The notes: generated from the sequence alone by a model not told the origin. 64,000 nt of DNA from Paraspadella gotoi (GCA_051294375.1 CM119265.1:25947057-26011056), one strand, 5' to 3'. Shown: positions 30,201 through 43,111, counted from the first letter of the stretch. Numbers and translations are program-made.

Positions 30201-33200
30201 AGGAAATTGACTTAAGTCAAAAGCGCGAAGGAAGAAATAATTTAGCAGAAACGCAAATAAAACAGAGTGAAGAACATAGATAATAAGCACAGAAATAAAA
30301 AAGAATACTAATCAGATATATCCAAATAGAGAAATAACGGGGAATATCATCGAACCAGAAAATAAAAACTTGTTAATCGATCGATAACTCCAGATTTGCT
30401 CTCAAATTCATTTTTATTGATTTATCTCTGCATTTATATTCAAAATTCTAAATATATTCATGTCATTAATCAATATAAATTCAGTCCAATCAATCAAAAT
30501 CTATAAATCAATTAATCACATTCATTATCTGGTGGGGTGCGCAAGAAATAAAAAACTCGCATTTTGTTTACTATGACAACTCATGAACCAAAAAAAAAAC
30601 TTTGGATTTTCATTGTGACGCCTTCCCAAAAATGTTCAAACGACGTAATTTGATATTTTAATTAGGTTGAAATTGAAGTAAAGAGACGAAAGTGGTCGAA
30701 ACCAGAATACTCTGTATTAATTAAACTTTTCTTAACAATTTCAAGTTGGTCCTACAAGAAAATTATTGCATTAATTCGAAATAGTACTAGACTATTCGAG
30801 TTACTTTTAGTATATTTTATGATTAGAATTAATATTTATGGTGAGAGTACACTAACCTAAAGCGGGTGCAACAATCGGTCGAATAAGAAAGCCTAATATC
30901 AAAATGAGAGTCAACGAGAAAATATATAGGTAACTAACCATCTAATTAAATTAGGGTCGAACTATTAATCATCGTATCATTGTCATGAAATAAAGACGAA
31001 ATTCATGACACGAACTTTCGTTAACAAAGTTTAATTCATTAGCATCATTACCTTGTTTTCATTTTCGTTATGCAATACACACTTAACGCCAATAAATATG
31101 GACATGGGCGTGGTCCACTTAGAGAAGAATTAACGATATCTGATAAAAGAAGCTTATAAAGAGCGCCACCTGGAATTGCACAAAAGGGTAAACTGACACA
31201 TTCCGAAGTGATGGGGATTGGCAGCGATCAACACTTTGAGGTGAAAGAGAAGAAAGAGGAGTGAGAAAAGATTAAAACCGTTAAACAGACGCCACGTGGT
31301 TGAAAAAAGAAAAAGTTGATTTTGACCTGATAAAATAAGTTGAGACAAGTATTTAAAACACAAAATTGTATATCTTTACAAAGCGCACCTGTACAAAATA
31401 TTCAAATCAAACAACTATTTAAATTTTAATGAAGCACTACAAAGGGAACTACTACGTACAAATCAGGCGAGGATAATTATTAAGTGCGAAAATTTCAAAC
31501 TACTATATACACTAACTTAAAGTCCCCAAAAAAATATGTTATATAATTTGATCCTATTGTGAGGTTTAATAAAAAATCATCTTATTCGTATTTAATTTAT
31601 ATTTGAATTCCAAAGATCTAATGAAAAAACAAATATTTACTGGTGAAAAATTTGTAGAAGTAAAAATGTCCTTAAATTGCTCAAATTATTTACCAAAACC
31701 CAACCTCACATTTTGGAACCGTGATGCATGTAATATAATCGTGAGTGGCGTGTCCGTGGTCGGACTCAAACCACGTGGGAATCTGGTTTAGATCCAATTT
31801 TCTTTAGGCAGCCACACGGTGTAAAGCAGAGACGAAGACAGAGGAAGGGCGGGCAGACGGACGAACGGAGGAGAGACGTAAATAGACAAGAGACCATCGA
31901 GTGGACGTTATGAGCGCAACTTTAGGAAAGACTCAAGTAACAATAATGATAGTTGGTAGAATTGATCCCACGAAGAGGTCGCAAGAATTTGCCAACGCCC
32001 CACCGCAAATCATGAAATAGCAAATCGAGTAAGCAATCAATCAAGCCATTCGTTAACACAGCCCGATTTCTCTCGACGGAGTGGTTGTAAACTAAATCTA
32101 ACGGAGCTGTTCTACTCCAAAATCAATCGACAGACTACCAATCAATCAATCAAGTCCGAACTCACTTGAAGTGTTGTTCCTGATTGGCGACGCCAAAGGC
32201 GACGGACGGCGAAGACGAGTTTTGAGGATCGCGTTGTTGCATGACTGCTGCTAGCTGCTGAGATTCCCCGCTGCTGGCCGGCCAAGGGAACTGAAGCTGG
32301 AAGTTAGGGCGGTCGAGAGGGCCGATAAGGGACGGAAATGAACATCGATTCGCGAGATCGTCGACCCGGACGCGCAGAACGTCTCCGTCTCTCTCTGGCG
32401 GCCGGAAGACGTCGCCCCCGTGAAGGCGAGCCGGGGTCGGTTTCTTCCGGCGCGTCACGCGCTCTTCGAAGCCACCGCCCGCCGCGATTTAGAGTTTGCC
32501 TTCCGCCTGCTTCTGCCGCCGCCGGCGTGGGCGCCAGAAGACGCCAAGTCGCACGACCCCGAACGAGTGTCGCCGCCACGGAAGACGCCGGTGTGGGATC
32601 CGTCTTTGGGGGGACGCCAACAATGTTTACACCTTTCGTCCCTTCTGGCCGCGAGAACAGACAGCAAACGCTGCCTCTGCTCTCGGCAGATGACGAATAA
32701 AAGCGACATCTGCGGGATCATCCACAAGCGCCAAGTCTCGACGGGGAGGAAACGCCGAAAGGAGGAATTCCGGGATGCCCGCTCGACGGCCCAGGCCTTA
32801 ATCGGTAGAGAAGGGGGGGGCAAGAATGAAATAACATACGTTATATATAAATACTCGACTTAATTTGAGAAATAAAATCATTTAAATATGTAAATATTAA
32901 AAAATATTCATGAACTAGAATGCCCGAGTTTGTTATGATAATCGAGAATTTGTTTAATGTGTGTTGGTTTTTTTTTGAATCAAGTGAGATTTTGAACTAT
33001 TTAGTGGATTAATTGATTTAGTTTTCAATAATGCGTTTTTCGCTTAATTTATCCCGATTACCGATTCGACGATACATACATTTGTGCAGGCAAGAGGAGA
33101 TTTTGTGAGACAAGACGTTATCATTTTACATTACATTTTATTTAAGTATTTTCATTTATAATTATATTCTAATGGATATCATATATTGTATTATTATTAT

Positions 33201-36200
33201 ATAGTTAAATTATATTTATCCAATAATATATATAATAATATGGTCACCTTGAGCAAAAGCAGGATCAACACACGTTTTCCTTGTCATCAGAATTATTGAT
33301 GATGCAAGCGATAGCCTTGCTCTCTCTTAAGGATGACCCGGATGCCAGTGGCCGGCGAGAAACGATCGATGGCAACGTCCTGACGAAGCAGTCGCACCGA
33401 ATTCGTCCACTATTTGTCCACGTTTTGAGATGGATAGTGACGTCCGTTGTAGTGAAGTGGGCGTCTTCGATCTTAGAAGTTCTTTGGACAAGAAGGAACC
33501 GCGAGTTCTCAGTTTCGTGCGTATCTCAATGGAGGCGGCGTGGGACGTCATCAAAGATATGGAGGGAGGAATGGTGGACGAGTGTGGGCGAGTGTGGGCG
33601 CGGCAACCGGATTTCGGTGGTGGTGGGAGAAAGATGTGGGGCGATAGTATGTGGAGGAGATATTTTTTGTTTTGTTTTTGAGAGTTCGTTTTATTTTTTT
33701 TTTTTTTTTTTTTTGTAGTTGAGAGGAAATTTTTTGGAAATTGATCGCTAAAGTTGTTCCGTCCGTCCGTTTTTTGTGTGAGAGAATATAATGGAGAGAG
33801 AGACAATATATTTTGAGAGTATACAGCGTTTTTCGTATAATTTGGGTTTTTATTCTGGAATCCACGTTCGATTAACAAGTGTTTTTTTCGATTTTTTTTA
33901 AATGTGTTTCGGCACAAGAAAAAAATTTATATAAAAAAGAAAATCGGAGATGAAGGAGCGAATTTTATTTTTTTGGATGCGTGGATGAAAAAAAAAGAAA
34001 ACATGGGTAATGATGTTTTTGGTATTTAATGTTTTTTTTTTTTTTTTCAATTTTTTTCAGCAAAAAAAAATGTTTTTTAATGATTGTACACTAGATCTAA
34101 GAAGCGTACTTTGTGCGAAAGAAGGCTGTCGGGACAAAGCTGGAATGTGGAGAGGCTGAAGAGAGATGTAGAAGATACGTCCTCTCTCTCTCTTCTCTCT
34201 CTGCTTCTCTCTTTTCTCTCACTCTTCTCTCTCTCTCTCCTCTCTCTTTCTCATATTCTCAGACAGAGCGTGTTTGTTTTTCATTGAAACGCGCGGAGCG
34301 ACGCCACTTTGTGATTTGCTTAATTTTTCCCCGTTCCTGTCATTACTTCCTTTGAGCGACGTAGTGTAAGATAGAAGAGCAGCACGACTTTCGTCCTTTG
34401 AGCGGTACGCGAATTTAATTCCTATTAAGTTTTACTTCTCTCTTTTATGGGTGCGGCGAGGGGGGCGGGGAAGTGAGGGGAGGAAGGGTTGAAGGGGGCG
34501 GGAAGGGGGTTTGAGGAAGGGCGGAAGGTAGGGGAGGGGGAAATAAATTGCCTTCCGCTTCACTTGAACTTTGATTTGCCGACGATGGCTACAGTGAAGG
34601 CGTCAAAGATGGCATAAGTTATAGCAACCAAAGAAACATTATGATGGCCTCAGTGATGGGATCAAAGATGATATAAGTTATAATGTCAAAGATAGCAATG
34701 TCCGCTACAGCACGAATGATTGCGTCAACGATTGAATCAGTGATGTCATCAAAGATAGCGTAAGTGATGGCATCAAAGATGGCATCGTGACACGAGCAAC
34801 TTGAGACTTGGAAGTGAATGACTCCCTCGCCGCGTTGACAAGTTTCGTCGCTGACTGACGCAAATGGAAACTTTGGTTTTTTTTTCTCTTCGAACGCTGA
34901 CAAGGCTGTTGCGTCGAGTCAAATCAGGTTGAAAGGGAAAAAGAGACAAAACAAAAACATTTATTTACACACCTGTGCAAATAAATATTGCTAGATTCCT
35001 TCATTATGAAAAATGTTATAGGTCAAAGGTTATAAGAAAAAAGAACCATTGGTGCAAATTTGGTTAAAATTTAGCAATCCATTTGTGAGCAATGATTTTT
35101 TAAAAGTAACTACTCAAATTTACATATTTCATATTTCAAAAATCAACTTTTTCCATATAATTTTTTTTATGATGCATTAATAAAACACTCAAAAATCAAG
35201 GCTTAACTGCATCCTCGGTTTTCCTCAGATCTTCAAAAATGTTTTTTCCCCCTTTTTTTGTTTTAACCATTTGTTTTTTTTCTGTTGCTCTTGAATGGCG
35301 GGACCAATTTTTTAAAAACTTACACATATAGATTCTATTTTCAAAAATCTAAATTGACCAATTAAAATTTTTGTGAATACATGTATAAAACGCTCTTTAT
35401 TTAGGATTTAAGAGTGTCCTTTTTTTTTTGCACAGGACTGTATATACAAAAATACATTGTGTATACATTATTTATATATATATCAAAAAATTATAATTGA
35501 TGGCGAAAGAAAGAAAGAAAAACAGTAAATCGAAAAAATTAAAAAGAATATTTAAATAAGTAAATACAACAAAAATTGAAAAATTTGAAGAAAAAAAAAT
35601 TATACTTTGANNNNNNNNNNNNNNNNNNNNNNNNNNNNNNNNNNNNNNNNNNNNNNNNNNNNNNNNNNNNNNNNNNNNNNNNNNNNNNNNNNNNNNNNNN
35701 NNNNNNNNNNNNNNNNNNNNNNNNNNNNNNNNNNNNNNNNNNNNNNNNNNNNNNNNNNNNNNNNNNNNNNNNNNNNNNNNNNNNNNNNNNNNNNNNNNNN
35801 NNNNNNNNNNNNNNNNNNNNNNNNNNNNNNNNNNNNNNNNNNNNNNNNNNNNNNNNNNNNNNNNNNNNNNNNNNNNNNNNNNNNNNNNNNNNNNNNNNNN
35901 NNNNNNNNNNNNNNNNNNNNNNNNNNNNNNNNNNNNNNNNNNNNNNNNNNNNNNNNNNNNNNNNNNNNNNNNNNNNNNNNNNNNNNNNNNNNNNNNNNNN
36001 NNNNNNNNNNNNNNNNNNNNNNNNNNNNNNNNNNNNNNNNNNNNNNNNNNNNNNNNNNNNNNNNNNNNNNNNNNNNNNNNNNNNNNNNNNNNNNNNNNNN
36101 NNNNNNNNNNNNNNNNNNNNNNNNNNNNNNNNNNNNNNNNNNNNNNNNNNNNNNNNNNNNNNNNNNNNNNNNNNNNNNNNNNNNNNNNNNNNNNNNNNNN

Positions 36201-36234
36201 NNNNNNNNNNNNNNNNNNNNNNNNNNNNNNNNNN

Positions 36235-36270
<36 letters not shown>

Positions 36271-39200
36271 AATTTCAGAATTACTCATTGACTTTTTGCA
36301 TTCATCAGTCCTTAGAGGATATTGATATAGTCAATATATAGTCTGTTCAATCTTCTAAAAAATTAACCATAACAAAATCAAGCTATATTCCACTGTTTAC
36401 TTGTCGAGTTTTTCTTCCTACCACCAGAGGGACGGCCGTTGGCACTCCGCCATTTTGAAGACGAAATAACGAAAAAAAATGTCATCGGGAAATTCGATCG
36501 TAACTCGTGACCAAAAATCATATAAAGAAACAAAAAATGATTTATGCGATGATAACTCTTATCTTCGCGCCAAGTCAATACTTCATGTGCATTCTGCAGT
36601 TACATCCGGGTCTATGCTCTATTTGTCAATGCTAGGCGCGACTTCACTAACTTAACAAGATGACAACAGACCAAACAAGGTAGAATAGACAGAATTAGAA
36701 TAGAATAGAATAAAATAAAATAGAATTAGAATATACAGAATCAAAATAATCTAGAATTACCCTCTTTTCAAATCAAGGTTGCAATTTTTTAGGACATTTA
36801 AGCTAATATATTTTTTTTTCATTGGTTTCTCTCATATCTCTAATAAAGAAAGATAAATAATATCTAGAGGTGTAAAAGGATGTTTTAAAAATTATCCCTT
36901 TGTGGAAAAACCAAAAATCGCTGCGAACTTTTAAATGACATCTTTTGAACAAAAAAAAAATCCGTGAAATTCTGCTCTCCCTCCGATAACTTTCCCTCCG
37001 ATAACTTTCCCCACTGTCTCTCTCTCTCCGACTTTTCTGCGTACAACCTCCAAAAAATGTGGGAAAAGTCGAAAAAGTTGTAGATTAAATCCAGGGTAAA
37101 CAAAAGAACAGCTTTTCTTTTTTGGGAGGTAAAAAAAAAAAACCCAAAAAACGGGGAGGGAAAATTTGGGGAAAATCGGCGACGATCGGCCGATCGGGAA
37201 GAACGAGGCGCGAATGGTATTCGTCGTTTCTTTAACAAAACCTTGTTTCGCTTCTTGTTTTGGTTTTTGATAAATCTAAATATAATTATTCCTGATCTTA
37301 ATTTTAAAATGAATTTTCAAGCATAATCCTTTATTAAATCTTAACCCTAATCCCTAGCTAACCTTATTCTTAAACTTGAAAACTAAATTAATGGAAAATT
37401 TAAGTCGAATTGGGGCGCTTATGTCAATTATTCTACTACCGCAAGTTTGGCAATTATATATTTATTCTTTGCTTTTTCGCATCATTTGAACTGTTCCTAC
37501 CCGAAGCTCGATCGATTCCAGGTTCGTTTTTGCGCATTAATCTAATTTGCATATAGTAGTAGGAATTTTTGGTTCTTGTCTCTTTCTGATATCCTCAAAG
37601 CTTTACAGGTTATCTTCTTGAAATTAAATTTTAGCACGATTTTTTGAAAATTTGTTTTATTTTACTAAATGGTTGGATGACTTTTTTCTTGGCTATAAAA
37701 TTAATATAAAATTCGCTTCCAAATTTATTCATTGAAGAATTAAATATATTATAAAAGCTATCTCATTTGCAAAATTGATANNNNNNNNNNNNNNNNNNNN
37801 NNNNNNNNNNNNNNNNNNNNNNNNNNNNNNNNNNNNNNNNNNNNNNNNNNNNNNNNNNNNNNNNNNNNNNNNNNNNNNNNNNNNNNNNNNNNNNNNNNNN
37901 NNNNNNNNNNNNNNNNNNNNNNNNNNNNNNNNNNNNNNNNNNNNNNNNNNNNNNNNNNNNNNNNNNNNNNNNNNNNNNNNNNNNNNNNNNNNNNNNNNNN
38001 NNNNNNNNNNNNNNNNNNNNNNNNNNNNNNNNNNNNNNNNNNNNNNNNNNNNNNNNNNNNNNNNNNNNNNNNNNNNNNNNNNNNNNNNNNNNNNNNNNNN
38101 NNNNNNNNNNNNNNNNNNNNNNNNNNNNNNNNNNNNNNNNNNNNNNNNNNNNNNNNNNNNNNNNNNNNNNNNNNNNNNNNNNNNNNNNNNNNNNNNNNNN
38201 NNNNNNNNNNNNNNNNNNNNNNNNNNNNNNNNNNNNNNNNNNNNNNNNNNNNNNNNNNNNNNNNNNNNNNNNNNNNNNNNNNNNNNNNNNNNNNNNNNNN
38301 NNNNNNNNNNNNNNNNNNNNNNNNNNNNNNNNNNNNNNNNNNNNNNNNNNNNNNNNNNNNNNNNNNNNNNNNNNNNNNNNNNNNNNNNNNNNNNNNNNNN
38401 NNNNNNNNNNNNNNNNNNNNNNNNNNNNNNNNNNNNNNNNNNNNNNNNNNNNNNNNNNNNNNNNNNNNNNNNNNNNNNNNNNNNNNNNNNNNNNNNNNNN
38501 NNNNNNNNNNNNNNNNNNNNNNNNNNNNNNNNNNNNNNNNNNNNNNNNNNNNNNNNNNNNNNNNATTGTCACAGTCATGATGGATTGATTTAATTGATTC
38601 TATTGATTCTTAAATCTTGAGTGCTAAATTTAACGTATAAGTTGATTGTTGTATTATTATATTTCATGGTTGTCTAATGGTTAGTGTTGTGGTCCCTCTA
38701 CTCAATATTTCGCCTACATTTACAGTTAAAATTTTATATTTTTACATTTATACTTTATTACGCTCATGTTTTGACTTTTACCATTTTTAAAGTTTTAAGA
38801 ACGTTTTTATTTTTAAGTTATAACGTTTAGGTAATGTTTTTGCTTTTTTGATTTGATGTTTTTCGTCTACTGAAAAAAAAAATCCTTTCCTTATTGTACG
38901 TTCCTAATATTTAATGTTTATTAACGTTTCAACCTTTAACGTTCTTGAAAGTTTGTTTATACATTTATTATGGATAAGCGTTTAACTTTTTATAACGTTT
39001 CTTAAAAAAGAAAGAAAAAAAATTATATCTTGAACATTTAGACAACGAATACGTTATTAACGTCTTCGGACGGTCATACGTAATTCCTAGTACACCCGAA
39101 TAAATATTAACAGTGTTTTGACTGTTATTGTGTTTGTTAAATAAAAATCAAATTCTAATACTAAAAGTTGGCAGCTTAAACCAACGATTGAATGAGCAAT

Positions 39201-39954
39201 TTGTCCACTCAACCTCGAGCGACTTCTCACTTCATCTTCCTACTTCCTCTGACCCATTTTTATTCCGACCGATCGCCGACGAACGCGACCCCGCGCCCCC
39301 TATCCAACCCGAACCGTGACCCCGCCGTGACCTCGGCGCTTTGGGGNNNNNNNNNNTCCCACCCTCGCCCCCCCCCACTAAAACCTGACATATCGACGAG
39401 GAAGAGGATGTCACGCGGTTTGATCTCCGCTCGACCAGATTGGTAGTTGGCCGTCGCTGACGGAGAAAGAAACGCCCGTTCGAAGCGGAGGGCTGTCGCG
39501 TCCAAGTAGTCGACTTTCGCTTCAATGGGGGGAAATGAATGTAAGAATGAAAGGAGAAATGAATGTAAGAATGAAAGGAGAAATGAATGTAAGAGTGAAA
39601 GGAGAAATGAATGTAAGAATGTAGGGAGAAATGAATGTAAAAATGAAAGGAGAAATGAATGAATTTCAAATGAGAAAAAATTGAAAAAAAAATAAATCAA
39701 AGAATGAACAAATAAATGTAAAAATATTAATGAATAACATATTTAAGGCTGATTTTGAATGAATCAACGAAGTTACTGATATGCGTGAATGAGTTAACAA
39801 TGTATTAAGATGTGATTGATTGAAAATTCTGTGAAGGTCTTAGGAGTTTAAAATATTTCTCTCAACAAGCCATATATTACTCTAGTTATAATTTAACTCT
39901 TTCGCCGAATGAACTAAGACCGAGTATGTTGGCGTTACCAAACACAATGAAGGA

Positions 39955-39998
<44 letters not shown>

Positions 39999-40011
39999 CT
40001 CTCTTTCTCCT

Positions 40012-40076
<65 letters not shown>

Positions 40077-40262
40077 CGTCTGTCAAATCCGTTCAATCAG
40101 TGACAGAGAATCGTATCTCGTCTTTTTGTTGTTGTTGTTGTTTTTTTTTAAATGCTCTTTTGTTCGGTGCGCCTTTCTCGCGCGAGCGAAAAATAGGAAG
40201 AGAGAGAGAAGAGAGAAAAGAAGAGAGAGAAGAAGAGAAGAGAGAAAGAGAGAAAGAGAGAG

Positions 40263-40346
<84 letters not shown>

Positions 40347-42778
40347 AAGAGAGAGAGATTACAGAACAATACAACGTCGAACAATAAATACAAAAGGAAC
40401 AAAAGAGAAACAAAATCAACCGACGTTCACGCTACTTATTGTGAGACTCACCCGACCACCCCTCTTCACTCACCCACCCCTTCACCTTAGATCACCAATC
40501 TTTTTCACCCTTACCTCCCCCCTTCCCCCCTCACTCTCTCACATCCATCCGTGCGCCGAAACTCCTCCGTTGGCGGACAGGGAGCGCCCCCGTTTCGCGG
40601 CCGGATGTAGACGACGCGCGTGCGACGTTGGACGCTCGTTAGCCCGTCGGGCACGCCCCAAGCCCCCCAGGGGCTGTAGACGCATCCGAAAGATCTAAAA
40701 TGGGAAGGATGTTACAGGGAGAAAGGGTTTTCAACGGATTATCGAATATTTTACTGTAGCTCTGTTTCACTAATAAGATAATCTTTGTGCAGAATAATGA
40801 TGTGTCATAAACATTAAACAGTGTAAGAAAACATTTAGCTGGGGCCTGTCTCGATCTATATTGAGTTCATCATCGAGAAAAAGTAGAATCGTAAAAGTAA
40901 ATAAAAAAATAAATAAATAAATAAATAAATAAATTTAAACCTTGCCTGTTTATCGTGGGCAGATTAAACCACGAGTTAACCTTCGGCAGAAAATTTAAAA
41001 TCGTCACGAGAAAAGCAAGAAGGATGACGCGCGAAACCGAGACTCGTCGCGCCCTCCAGCGGCTAAATGGAAAATTACGAAAGAACAAGTTTGAGCAAAC
41101 AGTTTGATCTGCACGCGGGCATTTAGCGGTAAGAAGCGAATCAGATGATAAGTTATGATTAATCTTGGAATTTATTTTTTGATTTAAGACAAATTACCGT
41201 CAATGTTTATTATTCATAATTTTTTGGAGTCTGATCTGCTTATCAGAAGATTCCGACTCTATAATTCTTTGTCGGTCCGTCGGTCCCACCCCTAAATCTT
41301 GTCGGTAAATAATTTTTAGCATATTAGAACATCATATTATGCTATATTAAGAAAAAAAAATAAAAAACGATGTCCGTCCGTCCGTTCGTCCGTTCGTCTG
41401 TCTGACGGTCCGTCCCCCCTTAGCAACTAACTCAAATTACTCGTGATTGGATGAATGGATTGGAATGAAATTTTGTGTGTGGTTAGGAAAGTGTATGATT
41501 GAGCTGGATATAAGGTTTCGATGGAATCGTGCGGGTGGAAATGAGTTTAAATGGAAAAAAACATAAGTCACTTTTATTTGAATCTTTTTAATAATTTTAA
41601 TCCATAATTAATCGATTTATTCATTATTAGATGGATAGAATGGGATTAAATTTTGTGTGTGGGTAGGAAAGTAATTAGCATTAGTAATTCATTAATAATA
41701 GCAATGGCAATACATTAGTATTTAGTATTGAGTAATTAGCGTTCAAATATCAGGGGAGAAGAACGGACAGACATACAGACAGACAGACAGACGGACGGAC
41801 GGATAATTTATCATAATTTGATGTTTAAAGATGATGTAAGTGATTTACCGACATGATTGTGGGGCGGACCGATGGACCGACCAAGTGAATTGTAGAGCCG
41901 GAATCTGCTGTAAGCATAACCGGCTGAAAACAAACGGTTATTCCAGGGACTTAAGACAAATAATCAAAGAAAAGTAAAAACGTACTTCGTCGGGAAGTGT
42001 AATGTTTGGAGAGCTCAATGTTAAATAGATTTATGTTTCAACTACGTAAATACAAATAACGTTGCCCCTTCATTTTTTTTAAACAAAAAAGTAAACTTAT
42101 AATAGGTCAGGTAAAAAATAGGAAAAAACATCGAAAATGAGTGACAATTAGTTAAACTTTAAGACGTATAAAATATTGAAAAAATACGTAATGGAAAAAA
42201 GACAAAATTAAAAGAGTGTGGAGTGAATGTACAGTTTAAACTTCCGATTTAATTTATGTCATGTTGTTTTCTGAAGAATTACAAACAAATTTGGTTTTAA
42301 TCTTTAAGGTTTCTACGTGGTATTCGTTATTTCCTTTTTGATTAAAAAAACCAAGTTTAAGATAACTTCCTCAAAACTTTTAAGAATATTTAAACAGTGA
42401 ACAATTAACCGGAAAATGTTGTTCCGCCTCCGGAAGAGGGCGGGAAGAAAAGTGACGCAAATCTGACATTAAACAAAAGACTAAATGAAAGTGAAGTTTT
42501 AGTTTGAACATTAAACAGACTAAATTAAATACGAAAAAAAAAATTGAGAGAGAGTTGACTCACCCTTTGGTTTGATCATCGAATTCACAAAGAAGGAATG
42601 AGAGACATTCGTGGCTTTTAGTGTCATGGCTTTCGGAGCGACTTTTGGAGCGGCTTTTAAAGCTGCTTCTTTTATGGCAGAATTTAGCGTCAGGATTAAC
42701 TTTTTGGGCTTTTGTTTTGATTTCGAGTGGATTCCCAACTCTTGTGGGCGTCATTGACGAAGATTTTATATATTTCAT
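14645..42778 (-). CDS. Thrombospondin type-1 repeat + von Willebrand factor A domain protein, 9 exons, ~391 aa
   Basis: Exons (minus) 42778-42564 (least certain), 41062-40973, 40694-40543, 39519-39385, 16366-16197, 15774-15669, 15349-15278, 15138-14999, 14740-14645; phases consistent (1176 nt). Hydrophobic VILLAFLVTILNFL; TSR GCVYSPWGAW...QRRTRVV..RPRNGGAPCP; vWA PRDILFLVDMS|GSL...RVALVTFD...ATCTGDAL...DVLVLTDGLSN with all MIDAS residues. Confidence 0.75.
17092..17240. repeat. Inverted repeat enclosing a degenerate hammerhead motif
   Basis: Arms TTACAAAAAACGATTTTATTTGTACATAT / ATATACAAATAAAATCGTTGTTTGTAA flank minus-strand CT(-)ATGA-T-GGCTC-GAAAATA-GAGTC-GAAA-CATG-TT (17180-17147). Confidence 0.55.
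19109..19455. mobile_element. TIR-bounded element filled with degenerate TTAGGG-like repeats
   Basis: TTTTCCCAGAAAGCCCTATTT and AAATAGGGCGCTCTGGGAAAA are inverted; the interior is a degenerate (TTAGGG/TTAAGG)n tract. Confidence 0.6.
19505..19852 (-). mobile_element. Helentron-associated (HINE/DINE-1-like) non-autonomous element
   Basis: On minus begins TTAGTTTGCG...GCAACTCTATGAGTCGC, followed by a GTCC/GTCT-type tract, and ends ...ATCTTGT; same layout as the family at 25.5, 41.2 and 46.5 kb. Confidence 0.45.
19867..22488 (-). CDS. Single immunoglobulin-domain type I membrane protein, 6 exons, ~241 aa
   Basis: Exons (minus) 22488-22453, 22087-21929, 21758-21567, 21332-21230, 21157-21084, 20028-19867 (726 nt, phases consistent). 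Signal peptide IAAILIVAILTATTSG; Ig motifs LGAQFQLDC, ITWQKE, SILQICNV..IHEGSYVC; TM AIVPSGVFLFGLLFSVFSAMFC; short tail QKPSRTKGGGW*. Confidence 0.75.
20354..21027. mobile_element. Composite non-autonomous element, copy 2 (homologous to 5580-6229)
   Basis: Same termini, CCCTAA-like tract and GGACATGTTTCGGCT...GCGCAAAAACG block; hammerhead parts carry deletions. Confidence 0.75.
25501..25914 (+). mobile_element. Helentron-associated (HINE/DINE-1-like) element
   Basis: 5' TTAGTCGGATCT..AGATTCCGACTCTATAATTCAC..TGTCGG and 3' CGTGGGCAGATCCGACA..TTTGCTCAATCTTGTT, shared with 46451-47122; T-rich flanks. Confidence 0.6.
34580..34790. repeat. Degenerate ~24-bp tandem repeat (GTGATGGCATCAAAGATGGCATAA-like)
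   Basis: Recurrent TCAAAGATGGC/GTGATGG units at ~24-bp spacing. Confidence 0.6.
34968..35440. mobile_element. Tc1/mariner-like MITE
   Basis: TA-CACACCTGTGCAAATAAA ... TTTTTTTGCACAGGACTG-TA: inverted termini with TA flanks. Confidence 0.65.
39530..39665. repeat. 24-bp minisatellite (GGAGAAATGAATGTAAGAATGAAA)n
   Basis: About 5.5 tandem units adjacent to a minus-strand splice acceptor. Confidence 0.85.
41228..41925. mobile_element. Two HINE/DINE-1-like copies in inverted orientation
   Basis: Forward head ATCTGCTTATCAGAAGATTCCGACTCTATAATTC + (GTCC)n at 41232-41420; reverse head (CAGA/CGGA)n...GAATTGTAGAGCCGGAATCTGCTGTAAGCA at 41760-41918. Confidence 0.65.
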
Positions 42779-43078
42779 ATTTTAGAAGGGGAAATTTTTT
42801 TTGTTGTTGACAATTTCTCGTATTTTTTAATAAAAATCTAAAAAAATTGTTTTAATCAAAATTTCGATGAAATTAGTATTTTTAGTCTTTTTAATTCGAT
42901 TTGTAATGAGAAGCTGAAGAGAAAAATATCGTCAGTTAAATGCGTTTTCCTATTTTATTTCTAATGCGACGAAATACGTAAATGAGATTATTCCTTCATG
43001 CAAATGAATTTTTGGCGAAAAATCTATCACCGGGCGATTGTTAGCGGCGTCGAGAAAGAGAATAAGAGAGAGAGAGAT

Positions 43079-43111
<33 letters not shown>

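Noticed and set aside
32255-32460. Cadherin-like motif fragments or a selenocysteine codon
   Set aside because: Motif order and spacing do not fit cadherin repeats, there is no redox motif and no SECIS was recognised.
24276-38593. Long X-filled ORFs
   Set aside because: Artefacts of N gaps; the same applies to those at 62-63 kb.
39530-39665. CRISPR-like periodic repeats (also 34580-34790, 45620-45900, 48900-49000)
   Set aside because: Contiguous tandem units without unique spacers, eukaryotic intron context and no cas genes.
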